From NCBI RefSeq assembly GCF_009914755.1, contig NC_060938.1: a stretch of 64,000 nt of DNA; one strand, 5' to 3'. The notes below the pieces were generated by a model. It saw nothing but the letters and a program-made list of their open reading frames with translations. It was not told the DNA's origin and did not search any database. Positions 1 through 11,390 of the stretch are shown piece by piece (the stretch's first letter is position 1; each line of letters begins with the position of its first letter). This DNA comes from the human T2T-CHM13v2.0 reference genome, Homo sapiens. The position numbers and the translations under genes were made by a program.

Positions 1-150
1 CTGGAGTAATGCTTTTGAAAATACCTAGTGATTTTTAAATTTTTTATTTCCACAAAGATGACTTCCCCTTAGTCAGCCTAAGGCATTCTCTTGCTACTGT
101 AGTAAAGTACAATTGTTTTGTCAGAAAAGTAAGAAGAAATAAAGAATTCA

Positions 151-435
151 GGCCAGGCGCGGTGGCTCACGCCTGTAATCCCAGCACTTTGGAAGACTGA
201 GGTGAGCAAATCGCCTGAGGTCAGGAGTTCGAAACCAGCCTGGCCAATATGGTGAAACCCCGTCTCTACTAAAATTACAAAAATTAGCCGGGCGGGGTGG
301 CATGTGCCTGTAATCCCAGCTACTCGGGAGACTGAGGCAGAAGAATAGCTTGCAGCTGGGAGGCGGTGGTTGCAGTGAGCCAAGATCACACCACTACACT
401 CCAGCCTGGGCGAGACTCTGTCTCAAAAAAAAAAG
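151..435 (+). mobile_element. AluS (Sx/Sz-like) SINE
   Basis: GGCCAGGCGCGGTGGCTCACGCCTGTAATCCCAGC start, dimeric body, A-tail, approximate TSD AGAATT. Confidence 0.95.
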
Positions 436-519
436 AGAATTAATACTCAACTTTTAGTTTTCAGAATAGAATTCCAAAACAAGGCAATAGGTTTGTAAGT
501 CAGGTTTCATTAAGAGAGG

Positions 520-1050
520 CTTTTTAAAATTAATGCTTTATTATAAAATATTTATAACACACAGAAGACATAATGATATCATAAATATCTTTATATCTAT
601 CCTCCAAAATAAAAAATTATTAATTTTTTCCAGGGCTTCTTTGGACGCTTTTAAATAAAATGTAATAGCTACCTCCCCAAGCCCATTCCTCTCTGCTCTG
701 GTCAGTGACCCTTCCCCTGAATGTTTGTATTATTTTACTAAATATATATATAGGCACAACAATATATGTTACTATTTGTGTGTCTTTAAATATTACATAA
801 ATTGTATCATACTGTATATCTTTAAGTTGCTTTAATTCACTAATCATTATCTCTGAGACTAATACAATAGATGACTTAATAGATTAATTGACAGGTGTAG
901 CTATTGTTCATTCATTTTGTCAGTATTATAACATATTCTATTCATTCTCCTAACTACAGGCAGATTGTGTTTGGTTTTTAATTATTCAAACAATGCTGCA
1001 ATAAATATTTTTGCCTCTTTGTACATATGTGAGGCCAAACTCTAAGGAAT
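520..1050 (-). mobile_element. Old L1M (L1ME-like) 3' fragment
   Basis: Resembles L1M 3'UTR antisense (ATAAATTGTATCATACTGTAT, TTCATTCATTTT, CAAACAATGCTGCAATAAATAT). Confidence 0.6.
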
Positions 1051-1231
1051 TATATCCAGAACTCTAGATCCAAGTAAAATGTTTAAAGAATTCCACAAGG
1101 ATCAAAGTTTGTGCATTGTGTTTATTGGGGAAATATTTGTGACTAGAGGGTGGTCAGGGAATTTCCAATAATTAAAAATGAACTGCAAGCATCCAGATAT
1201 CATATTTGATAAACATGTTTTGGCACTTTAA
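1041..1231. repeat. Inverted repeat 1, left arm (191 bp)
   Basis: Reverse complement of 2578-2768; 178/191 identical with no gaps (manual alignment). Confidence 0.97.
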
Positions 1232-1244
1232 CATCCTTTGATAT

Positions 1245-1321
1245 TTAGACTGAATCATATGAAATTGCCCAAATTCAACAATTTTGACCTACAAAATGAC
1301 AAATTCCTATGGCATAACTTA
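1245..1321. mobile_element. MADE2 (Hsmar2-derived mariner MITE), degenerate
   Basis: TTAGACTGAATCATATGAAATTGCC...TTTTGACCTACAAAATGACAAATTCCTATGG matches the palindromic MADE2 pattern. Confidence 0.75.
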
Positions 1322-1737
1322 CCATCTATCTAAAATGAAAATACCAGTTAATAGGTTATAAACATCTTCAACCCAAATGCCTAAAGCCAAATTTTAAGAG
1401 ATGGTTTTCTAAAATCCTTTTGTGTATCAATAGGCAAGTCCCGAAAAATCGGTTCAACAGCCAAGTCTGAAATATTTGCTTTACAGCCACAAAATGGCTC
1501 AATTCCATAGAGTAGAGAAAATATGTCTTCTATCTATGAAAGGGAAGAAATAGGGCACAAGAAAGAACCTGGAAGTTCCCATGCAGCTGTGTCATCTACT
1601 AAACCAAGCAGATAATGGCTATTTCATTTTAAACCCCCAAGTTTTCACTATTCCCCCAGGCTAAGACATCGTAGATGACTAAAAAAAATTTGGTACACTA
1701 GTCTACTGTCCAGTGATATTTGAGCTTTTGTCTTTAA

Positions 1738-2214
1738 TTTCTCGTTTAGAAAAAAAGAAGTGCAGCTCACTCATTGAATTTTACATAAACATGCTCTTTG
1801 AGGCTGAACGAAATCTGACTGATTTTCAATGTGAAAATAAAATATAAAAACTGTTCTTGGAGTTATTTCTAAACAGAACATCAGAATCGTCTAATTAAGA
1901 AAAAATCAAATTCATCAAATGAATCTTCTGCCTATACCTGTTCAAGAACGGTGTTCAACATCACACGTAGGAATGCTATGTTTTCTAGGATTTGACATTT
2001 TCAGCGATCAAGAATTACAATATTTTGTAAATGGAAATACCACTACTAAAAACAAAGTGCTATAAATAGAATGATGTCCTTTGTTTCCAAAGTCAATATA
2101 CTAGAGTGAGGCAAAAATAATAATTAAAGATATCTCGTGGCAAAGTTACCTCGGGGTAAACACTGCAGCCACAAGCCCCACTGGCAGGTATTCTTGGGGT
2201 AAACAGTAAAAGGG
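1738..2214 (-). mobile_element. MER75 non-autonomous piggyBac element
   Basis: TTAA TSDs at 1734-1737 and 2215-2218; end AAAAGGG; body matches MER75 (GGGGTAAACACTGCAGCC, GGCAAAGTTA, TTTCCAAAGTC). Confidence 0.92.
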
Positions 2215-2281
2215 TTAAGAAGCAGCCCAAGGGGATAAATGGAACTACAAATTATTCCGAGGTAAAATAGTAATCGCTTAC

Positions 2282-2387
2282 TTGTAGCCCAATCAGAAAA
2301 GATGGGCTGGAGTCAGAGAAAGGCAAAAGAAATATGCAGAGATTCCTGCATCAGTTCACTTCTGAACCCAAGGAACTAAAGTCAAGT
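2282..2387 (-). other. Candidate 106-nt non-coding cassette exon
   Basis: Minus strand: acceptor CCATCTTTTTCTGTGTTCAG| and donor CAA|GTAAGC; no transcript evidence. Confidence 0.35.
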
Positions 2388-2577
2388 CTGAACACAGAAA
2401 AAGATGGAATGATGTTGCTATGTTGCTTTCTCCAAGTTTTTATGCTATTTCTATAGATAACTTGATAATTATACTCAGGTCATCTCCACTGGAAATCATC
2501 ATGTAACTTGTACTCCTATAATAAATACACACCACCTGTCTTGTAAACTCTATTGCCAGTCCTTGCTGCTTACCACA

Positions 2578-2768
2578 TTAAAGTGCCAAGACTTGTTTAT
2601 CAAATATGATATCTGCATGATTGCAGTTCATTTTTAATGACTGGAAATTCCCAGACCACCCTCTAGTCACAAATATTTCCCCAATAAACATAATGCACAG
2701 ACTTTGATCCTTGTGGAATTCTTTAACCACTATACTTGGATCTGGAGTTCTGGATATAATTCCTTAGA
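2578..2768. repeat. Inverted repeat 1, right arm (191 bp)
   Basis: Reverse complement of 1041-1231. Confidence 0.97.
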
Positions 2769-2870
2769 TATTCTTTTTCTGGATGAATTTGGGAATTTGA
2801 GGATTTTCTTCATGGCCTCACTAACTGAAGTTTTATCTGCCTGTATAGATACATTATAAAAGTATATCCA

Positions 2871-3163
2871 GTGTATCTGTATTTTGCTATAGTAACAACC
2901 AACCTCAAGACATCAATGACTTACAACAGATGTATTTATCTTGCTCATATTCATGAGGGCTGTGGGTTGGCTACAGTTCTACTGGTTTTTGCTCGTTCCA
3001 CACCGATTCATTCCCATTGGCCAGAACACATCACATGGTCAAGCTCAAAGTCAGCAAATCAGTAAAGTACACTGCTGTATACTGGAGGCAGGGGAAGTCA
3101 CAGGCCACAGGAAGAGGAATGCAGAAGGTAAATCGTGGTGAACAATAACCCAATACAACCACA
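2871..3163 (-). mobile_element. MLT1-type (MaLR) LTR remnant
   Basis: GCTATAGTAACAACCAACCTCAAGACATCAATGACTTACAACA, CCCATTGGCCAGAACACATCACATGG, ends ACCACA. Confidence 0.7.
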
Positions 3164-3739
3164 AAGTTTCTCAAAGTTTTTTTTTTTTTGGTGGGGAGGC
3201 AATGATAGAAAAGAAAAAAATACAGTGGAAATTGGTGCTTATTAACAAAAGGTTGTACTTTGAAGTCACATCAAATCTGATACATTCAGTGTAGTAAATA
3301 CTAGAAGGCCCTAAGAGGGAAATCAGAGGTTACTGAAAGTTTTTATTTCAATTCTTCCATTTGATTCACTATTTGCTTTTTCATTAACTAAAAGGTATGA
3401 ACAAAATATAATAAACATAGTTTTTGATAGCACAAAGAATGTGGTGCTTCCCTTGCTCAAAACATTTATACTTGTTCACTTCTGGACTTGCCTTCAAAGG
3501 TGAGGTCTCTTTCTCATGAGTGGTCTCACTGAAAAAAGCCATGTTCATTCTTGGAGGGTGGATTCAGATATTTGAAGAGCTCATTTGAAATGAAGTCTTC
3601 TGAATCAGTTAAATAAATGATCAAGGTGGATAACAGAGTTGGAAATGGATAAAAGCAAAGTGCCATCATAAAGCAAATTAACTAATTTATTGAGTAGCTT
3701 TAGTTTGAGTAGCAAACTGGGTCTGAGGGTAATTTCAGA

Positions 3740-3850
3740 TGAGCATTTCCAAGAATGTTTTCAACAATGGCAGCATGATTGGTATAAAAGCATAATCCCT
3801 TAAGGTGATACTTTAAAAAGTAAAACTCACTTGATGCAAGTTCTGAGTTT
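3740..3850 (+). mobile_element. MARNA-like mariner fragment
   Basis: TTCCAAGAATGTTTTCAACAATGGCAGCATGATTGG...AAGGTGATACTTT resembles the MARNA 3' end. Confidence 0.5.
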
Positions 3851-4314
3851 TGCTTTTACTCTTTTGTCTTATCTTTTAAATTTCCCTTCTCTCTAGTCTT
3901 CCCCATATGTACTTCACAGTGGTTTGTAGTAAACACATTTAGTATTTTGTTTCTATTTTCCTCAGCAAGTCAATACTTGCTATTCAAATTACCAATAAAA
4001 ATTCTGAGAGCCTGCAATGATCACAGCATTATGCTAATTTCTATAGGAAAGAGTTAGTCCTGACTCGACCAATTTTCATAAATTTGCATGTTAGACATCA
4101 TAGTACCACCAGTGAGTCCACACAGGTACTTTAAGCTGATAGCCTCTTCAACACCAAGCAATAAGCAACTGATAATTTCTATGTATGTCCTAGTGGAAAT
4201 TCAAATAAAATCAAGATAAGAGATGGCCAATGAAATTTCCCCTAATGATAACAAATCATTGTTATCAAAAAGATACAGGATGCAAATGTGGGCCTCTGAT
4301 ACAACAAACACTGA

Positions 4315-4632
<318 letters not shown>

Positions 4633-5082
4633 TACTGCTCAATTGCAGGATATATAATTATGATCCTTTCTCTCCAAAGTCATACCCAATTCTTGGAGAT
4701 ACCAAGTCAAAATAAACTTAGGAGAGAGAATTCCTGAAGCTCATAGCAGTGTATGAGCCCACTGATCTCCATTCTGCGGCTTTGAAATCTCCTTGTGTGA
4801 AAGGATATTCAGGAACCTGATAAGGGCAATGGCTGCAGTCCCTGGATTATGGTGCTGGGGGCTCTTAATAGGTGAGACTCATTGTGAAATCTGCGCCCTA
4901 AAGTGCAGCTAGAACTAAAGCCCTCCTCCACCTAACCTGAACTTTACACTGTCTAGCTGATACTTCAGCTTTACTTCCAATTTCTTCCCCACTACACCCC
5001 CTCTTTTCATGGGGATAGGTGAAGTGATAAAAATGGAAGAGAAGAGGAGCTCATGGGGGAACCGCTTGGCAGGGGCACTTAC

Positions 5083-5450
5083 GCCAGTGTAAACCTCAGA
5101 CCAGTCTGGGCAACAGAATCCCCTCAAAGTCACTCTGCATTCTTCCTGTACAGCCTTTAAAAGTAGTATCGCTGGCACCATCTGCCCCCCGTTAGGCAGT
5201 CCTGCTGTTGAAATTTCTGAGCTGCAGGAATGTTATCCATTTCAGTATGTTCACATTAAAATCAGTGCAGAAAGGAAAAATCTTCACTAGCTGCTTCAGC
5301 AGAACTCAGAAAGAGCAGCACAGCAGCGTTCCTTTCTCCTGAGCCCTGAAATTCGTGGTAAAGCACCGTCTTGTGGGTTCCCAAAGAGATTTGCTTACAA
5401 AGATCGGTGTAGGCGAGGCTGATTGGGTCTCCGGAGATCTCATCCTCTGA
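5083..5450 (-). other. Candidate first exon of a minus-strand gene (5' boundary uncertain)
   Basis: Strong donor GGC|GTAAGT (plus strand ACTTAC at 5077-5082) at the CpG island edge; CCAAT box ACCCAATCAG near 5419-5428 on the minus strand. Confidence 0.55.
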
Positions 5451-6650
5451 CAGCTCGCTGCACCCCGCGGAATCTCGCTTTAGGTGTGTAACTGCCTGCC
5501 TGACACCTGACCCTTGCTCTCCGCAGCCTGACTCCAGGCTCTGCAACTGTCCCCCAAGGCGCGGCCGACTCGCAAATGGGGCCGGCCTGGGCAGGGAGCG
5601 GCCCCCCGGCTGCCGCCGGACAGCCACATTTTAAGGCCTTGTAGTCACTTTCTCGCTAGTTCGAGGAAAGTTTTTGTACATTTTCATAAAAGGAGACCAG
5701 AAGAGAACACCCTCCTCTCACTTCCTAATATATTATGTCCTCCCCTGCCGAGTCCGGGGACTTAGTCTGGATTTGGTAACTGAAGTAATATAAATGTTAG
5801 CTAAGAAGTATTCCCGCAATGTGGTTCCAATTTAAGCTTGTTTTGAAGTCTAAAGGCCCAATATGTCTCATAGATTCTTCGCTGGACATTAGCACTAATG
5901 TAATTTGCCGAGGAGCGCAGGCCTCTATCTAGAAGGCGGCCGGGGCCCTCTGCGGATCAGGGCGCTTTCCCAGTGCCAGGGGGACTCCTGCCTTCGCCGG
6001 GAGCTCCCCCCACGGCTTTTGATGTTGGAGGCTTTGCTCAGGAAATTGCCTTATACTTGCCAGAGTTGCAGATAAATGGAACAAGGTAAGTGCTGTACCC
6101 TGTCACCACCCTCACTCCTCTCCCGAATCGGGAAGGACGCAGCCCAGGCTAAATGTATCCTTTCTCTGCAAGCTGTTTGCACTTTACTTCAATAACATCT
6201 CTCTCCCAACACTGACTTGATTTGCGAAGACACGCATGCCTTTTCCGAGTTGGACTGACGCACGCCCTCCCGGAGCCCGCCCCCCATCCGCAGCCCAGTT
6301 CGGCGCTCACACTCCTCCGGAGCCCCCGGCTGCATTCCCGTAATGAGCATCCCCCTGGAACTGCCTGCCCTTTATCTTGCTGGGGGGACCCGCACCTTTT
6401 GAACTGCCATCTGTAGATTGTGTTGGTGCACTGACTTGTTAACTGTGCCACGCTGTGAAGGAAATGGCATGATTTAGATCAAGTGCTCACGACGGCTGTT
6501 CATAAGAAACACTTGAGCCAAGCTGTTGCTGCTCAGAATGTGCCCTGGGGAGAGGGGTTCCGTTTCGGGTCACGGTCCTGCCTTGTATGAGGGCAGGCGC
6601 AAAGCGCTGCAATCCCGGGGCTTCGCTGGGGCTGGAGGGAGGGGGTGGGG
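5430..6650. promoter_or_regulatory. CpG island / probable bidirectional promoter
   Basis: Dense CpG and high GC against an AT-rich background; GC box CCCGCCCC ~6276, half-CRE TGACG ~6256, G4-like GGGGCTGGAGGGAGGGGGTGGGG 6628-6650. Confidence 0.85.
6083..6091 (+). other. Consensus 5' splice site AAG|GTAAGT, candidate exon-1 end of a divergent transcript
   Basis: Perfect donor inside the CpG island, opposite orientation to the 5083 donor. Confidence 0.4.
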
Positions 6651-8709
6651 AGAAACATTATGAAACCATAGAAGCGAGGCTGCCAAATTAACTTCTCACC
6701 CTTTCAATCACACTCCAGAGGATAAAAGCCTAACGTTTCTGCCTCAGAAACAGGCTCGGTTTACACCAAACAAGTTATTTCTCTGATTTATCAGCCCAGC
6801 CAGCTATCCTTCTAATTACTGAAAATCTCCGCTGTTTATGAAACTACTTTTGTAGGTGTTCAATGAACAAGGAGCTAGGAAATGGGTGTTGGAAAGTTTT
6901 TGTGGACAGAACTTTCCCCACGACTGCTTATCAAAGTAAATAAAAAGCAAAAGGTTTCTGGCTTCAGTTGTTTCGTTTCCATGAAAATGTTTCTGCTTGT
7001 TCCAATGGGCAAAAATAAAGTTGCAGAACCATAAATTCAGGTAAGCACAGATCATTCAATCTTCACTCCTAAATTGCATGTATCTGTAAGGAAGATTTAT
7101 TTGGGAAGGCAAAAGTAAAACTGAGAAAGAGTGAGGGAACAGGGGAACCCTTTAGCTTAATTCATCAACTCCCAGGCTTGTTCCAAGGACACTGATTTGT
7201 CCATTATATGGAAATAGATGATTAGGGTCATTCTCTAAGACAAATTTACTTTTCTGCACACTCTAAATCTGTTTAGTCACTTTAAAGGTGTCAATTATTG
7301 GAACAGGCTAAGACTATGAATTTCTTAGTAATAGCTTTAATAACATTTTGAAATGAAAAGCAGATACCTTGAAGTCAGCCTACTTTGAAAGGACATATGA
7401 GCAGCTCTGGTTTTAATTTGTGTAGCATTCTACATCTGGAATCCCTTATAATTAAAACTAAAAACTGAACTACTACTTCCACCTGTCAAATGATGAAAAG
7501 ATGAATGCACTAATAAGTTACTAAATAGCCCAACATGATAGAGTTTACATTCTCATTCTATACAGTAAAACAGAATTTTGGACAGGAGGCTAAAGGTCTT
7601 TGGTCATTACTAATAACACTCTTTCAGTATTAACCTGTATGTCCTGCTGCAACTACTGACGGGGTCTTTTTTACATTAAGAGCTAATTTTGGCTAAGTCT
7701 TTGTTTTAAAAGCAAATATAGATTTTGGAAAGAATATGTAAAGCACATAAACTGAGACGTACTTTTCATCCCACACTTTGTTTTCATCGTTTTCAAAACC
7801 CTTCTAATGGCTTCCAATAACAATTGCATAGAGTTGTTAAGTGCAGTATTTACAAATATTTACCAAGCACCCACAGTATGCAAGCATGTGTTTAGCACTG
7901 CGGATACAGTTCTGATCACGATAAATCTTTGTAGGTAATTTAAAGCTGGGAAAATTTGTAATTTTTTCCCATTCCTTCAGAATAACAAAAATCACATTTT
8001 TGCCTAGATTCTGATAAGAAAAAAGAGTTTTCTAAAGCTTTTGCTTTCACTCCAATTAAAACAACAATGGTCATTAAAATGCTCTCAGACTGTCACTGGT
8101 GATCAGAAGGTTAATTATTTTAAAATGTAAATCCTGAGTTGTAATCCCTATTGAACCTGTTTGGAACAACTCCCCCTGCCGAGGCTGAGCTGTGTGGGCG
8201 GCCCCGAAAGGCTCATTTTTCTTACTGCGCAGACCTGCCTCTCTGTTGTGAAATAAAAATGGAAATATCACATTTTGAAAAAAGCATTGATTCTCCTAGA
8301 AAAAAAGTAGTGAAGAGTTTTGCCAGCAGTTGAAGGGTCTTTCCAGGAGTGGACTCTGGCTTGTCTTAATTGTTCCATTCAGCATAGTGACTCCCATTGG
8401 CACAACAGAAAGCAAGCAAGGCCTGGAGGCAGCCATGATCACAATGCACCAAATTCTCCCTCTGTGAAAAAGTATACCCAGGAAGAGAATGCCAGTCTGG
8501 TTTCACTCTTTTGGACCACTGGGGACTCCATTAAATTGTTGCTTTAGTATCCCTCTCTATACATGGCTACTTTCCTTTAGAGGAAAAGTATGATCTGGCT
8601 ACCACACACTTGTCCTCAGACACAGCTTACAAAGTGGCCACCCAAGACCTCAATCCAGCCTGAAGACATGCTTCCCAAGGCCAACGTGTTTTAAAACCCA
8701 GGAGATTCC

Positions 8710-9160
8710 TAGCAGCATTGTTCACAATAGCCAAAAGGTAGAAGCAACCTAAGTGTCCATCAATGAGTGAATGGATAAAATAAAATGTGGTATATACATA
8801 CAACCGAATTTTATTCAGCCTTAAAAAGAAAGGAAACTCTGACGCATGCTACAACGTGGATGAACCTTGAAGACATTATGCGAAGTGAAATAAGTTGCTC
8901 ACGAAAGGTCAAATCTTATGTGATTCTACATGCATGAGCTACCTAGAGTAGTCGAATTCATAAACAGAAAGTAGAATGATGTTGTCAGGGGCTGTGGATT
9001 GGGGGTAGTTATTATTTAATGGGTACAGAGTTTCAATTTGGAGAGATGAAAAAACTTCTGGAGATGGTTTCACAACAATGTGCATGTATTTAATATCACT
9101 CAATGGTACATTTAAAACAGCTAAAATGGCAAATTGTATGATATATATATAACCAGAATA
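8710..9160 (+). mobile_element. L1MB (L1MB3-like) 3' end, apparently inserted in a MER102-like element
   Basis: AGCAGCATTGTTCACAATAGCCAAAAGGTAGAAGCAACC...GAACCTTGAAGACATTATG...GGTACAGAGTTTCA. Confidence 0.85.
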
Positions 9161-11019
9161 GATCAAAATACTTGACATTAAAATGGAGATTTACAATTTA
9201 TCTGAAAACAAAGAAACCTAAGTAACTTATTAATATTAGCCAGCAAACTTGAATAACAAAAATTGAAGCTGAGTAGCCCTTGCACCCTTAAATGTGCACT
9301 TCAGCTCACCATGACCCTGACTCCGCCCTCTCGTCTTCCATCCATCCTTCACTCACTTAGCCTGCCAGGTCCCTGCAGCCATCTTCTGCTGCAAGGGACC
9401 CTGGAGCTAGCTCTCACATGTACATACAACTTTCACAGACTTGCTAGAATCAGATTTTAACCTGTAATACCCCCAATTAACCCAGGCCCAGGTGAAGTGA
9501 GGTGACAGGCATAAGGTGGCATCCAAGATAGAAACATGATTGAAAAGCCCCTCTCCTGCAAAACGAACCCTTGACAGTCCCCTCCACATACCCTCCTAGG
9601 GCACTGGATATCACACTCCAGGGACCTATGAAGCCACGCTTCCCTACTCAACAGATGCAAACACGGCCATAGGTGGACGCATACAAAAAAGCTAGAAGCA
9701 CTTTTCAGGATCGGGAGAGTTTTGTATTATTCATGTTTCTGATTCTGACTTCATATAAATTTATGATAGATTTTGTAGCTCAAAGAGCAATGAATTTAAG
9801 AATCTTTGCTGAAGCCTGGACTATTCCCAAACTGTGAACTTTTCTTCTAAGCCATTGACTGTCTAAGGGTTTTTTCCTCTTAAATGCTACTGCCAAATGA
9901 GCATTTTAAAACATTTATCAAAAACCAATGGCTGGCTACAAACGTCAATCTGTACATTCCATACAGAGTGAACCGCAGTCTAGTACTGATGCATAAATGA
10001 TGTGTTGGTTTAATCTATTTTTCACAGGGGGTGTCTAAGAGTAGGAAAATTAAAAACAGGTAGAACGGACTACTATTACTGTCCCATAGTGTGCTTTTTT
10101 ACATGAGGTATGGATTAAGATAACATCTGGTCTATATTTCTTGAACTATTTCCCTTTTATCACAAGAAAAATCGGCAACCCATCTCACAACTGCTCTTAA
10201 TTTAGATCTAAATATCACTGATGAAACATTGTACAACATGCTGTTATCTATTAAAATGATTTCCCTGAAGGAACAGTTGATACTTTTATATATTCCAGCA
10301 AAGCTAATCGTGCCAGGCCTCCTTAGTAGGACTTACCTTATAATCATATGCTTAAATGTTCCATCTAAATCACTGCTTTGGTACCAAATGAGTCTTATTC
10401 TGAGATTGATTTCACTACATTGTTAGATACAGTGCCCAGGTCTGGGAGTCACAGAAGCATCGAGAATTTTGTAGGAGTACAAAATTTTACTCTGGAGCCA
10501 ACAAGCCATTGTTCCCCTGTGCTGCCTGTAGTGTGGGCTTTCCAGAGCCCCCTGCAAAGTGAAGGCAGTAAGCTGTTTTCAGCACTTTTCAGAGTTCAAG
10601 TCCTATACAATGTGGTATATTGATTTCACAGAATAAAACTTCTGGGTTTTTTGAATTTTTAGAGTTGTATAACTCATTTCCACAGATAATAAATCAGGAA
10701 AGTAATTTTTTCTAAAATTATTTTGTGTATCTATGGTGCATACTCACTTTGTTAATTTTAAACTATGGTAAGCCTCAGAATGACAGAAGGTAAATCCATA
10801 CATTAACCAGTTATATGGGAAATTACTTTCTCCAACTCCACCTTTAATTTAGCTATATCACATGTTCCTGGTTTTTAAAATAGCACAAAAACCAAAACAC
10901 ACAAAAATTATGGGGGTTTAAAAAAGCAACTAGAAGTAACTCTTGGACAATTGTGAAAATACAAAAAAAAATGTTAACTGTGGTAGAAAATAAAAGTAGA
11001 AATGCATTACACATAAAAT

Positions 11020-11390
11020 GTAGAAAAATTGGAAACAATAAAAATGCTTAATAATGACCAATTTAATGAATTACATTACATGCTGAATATGGAGTATCTT
11101 ACAGACAATAAAATAAGGACGAAGAATATTTGTATGTACTAAGAAAAGATCTTCATGATATATTAAGAACACAACGTGAATAGCTTGGCATCAGTTTTTG
11201 TTATTAAAAAGAAAAATAGACATATATGTTTATGTGTATGTAGAAAGGTCTGGAAAAATTCACACCAAACTGTTTGCAGTGAAAACCATTAGGTATAAAG
11301 AAGGAAGAGAACATTTTACTTTATACACTGTTGTGTGTTTTCTAGCTTTTAACACATACATATTACTTTCTAAATTTTTTAAAGAAAGAA
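11020..11390 (+). mobile_element. L1ME4-like 3' fragment
   Basis: AAAATTGGAAACAA...AGAAAGGTCTGGAAAAATTCACACCAAACTG...ACTTTATACACT. Confidence 0.55.

Noticed and set aside
1041-2768. IR1 as terminal inverted repeats of one 1.7-kb DNA transposon
   Set aside because: No target-site duplication outside the arms (GCCAAAC| vs |TATTCTT), no transposase ORF and no recognised TIR motif
5083-5450. Naming the host gene (vague recollection of a FILIP1-like non-coding first exon)
   Set aside because: No coding exon in the window and the recollection cannot be verified; BLAT of 5083-5450 would settle it
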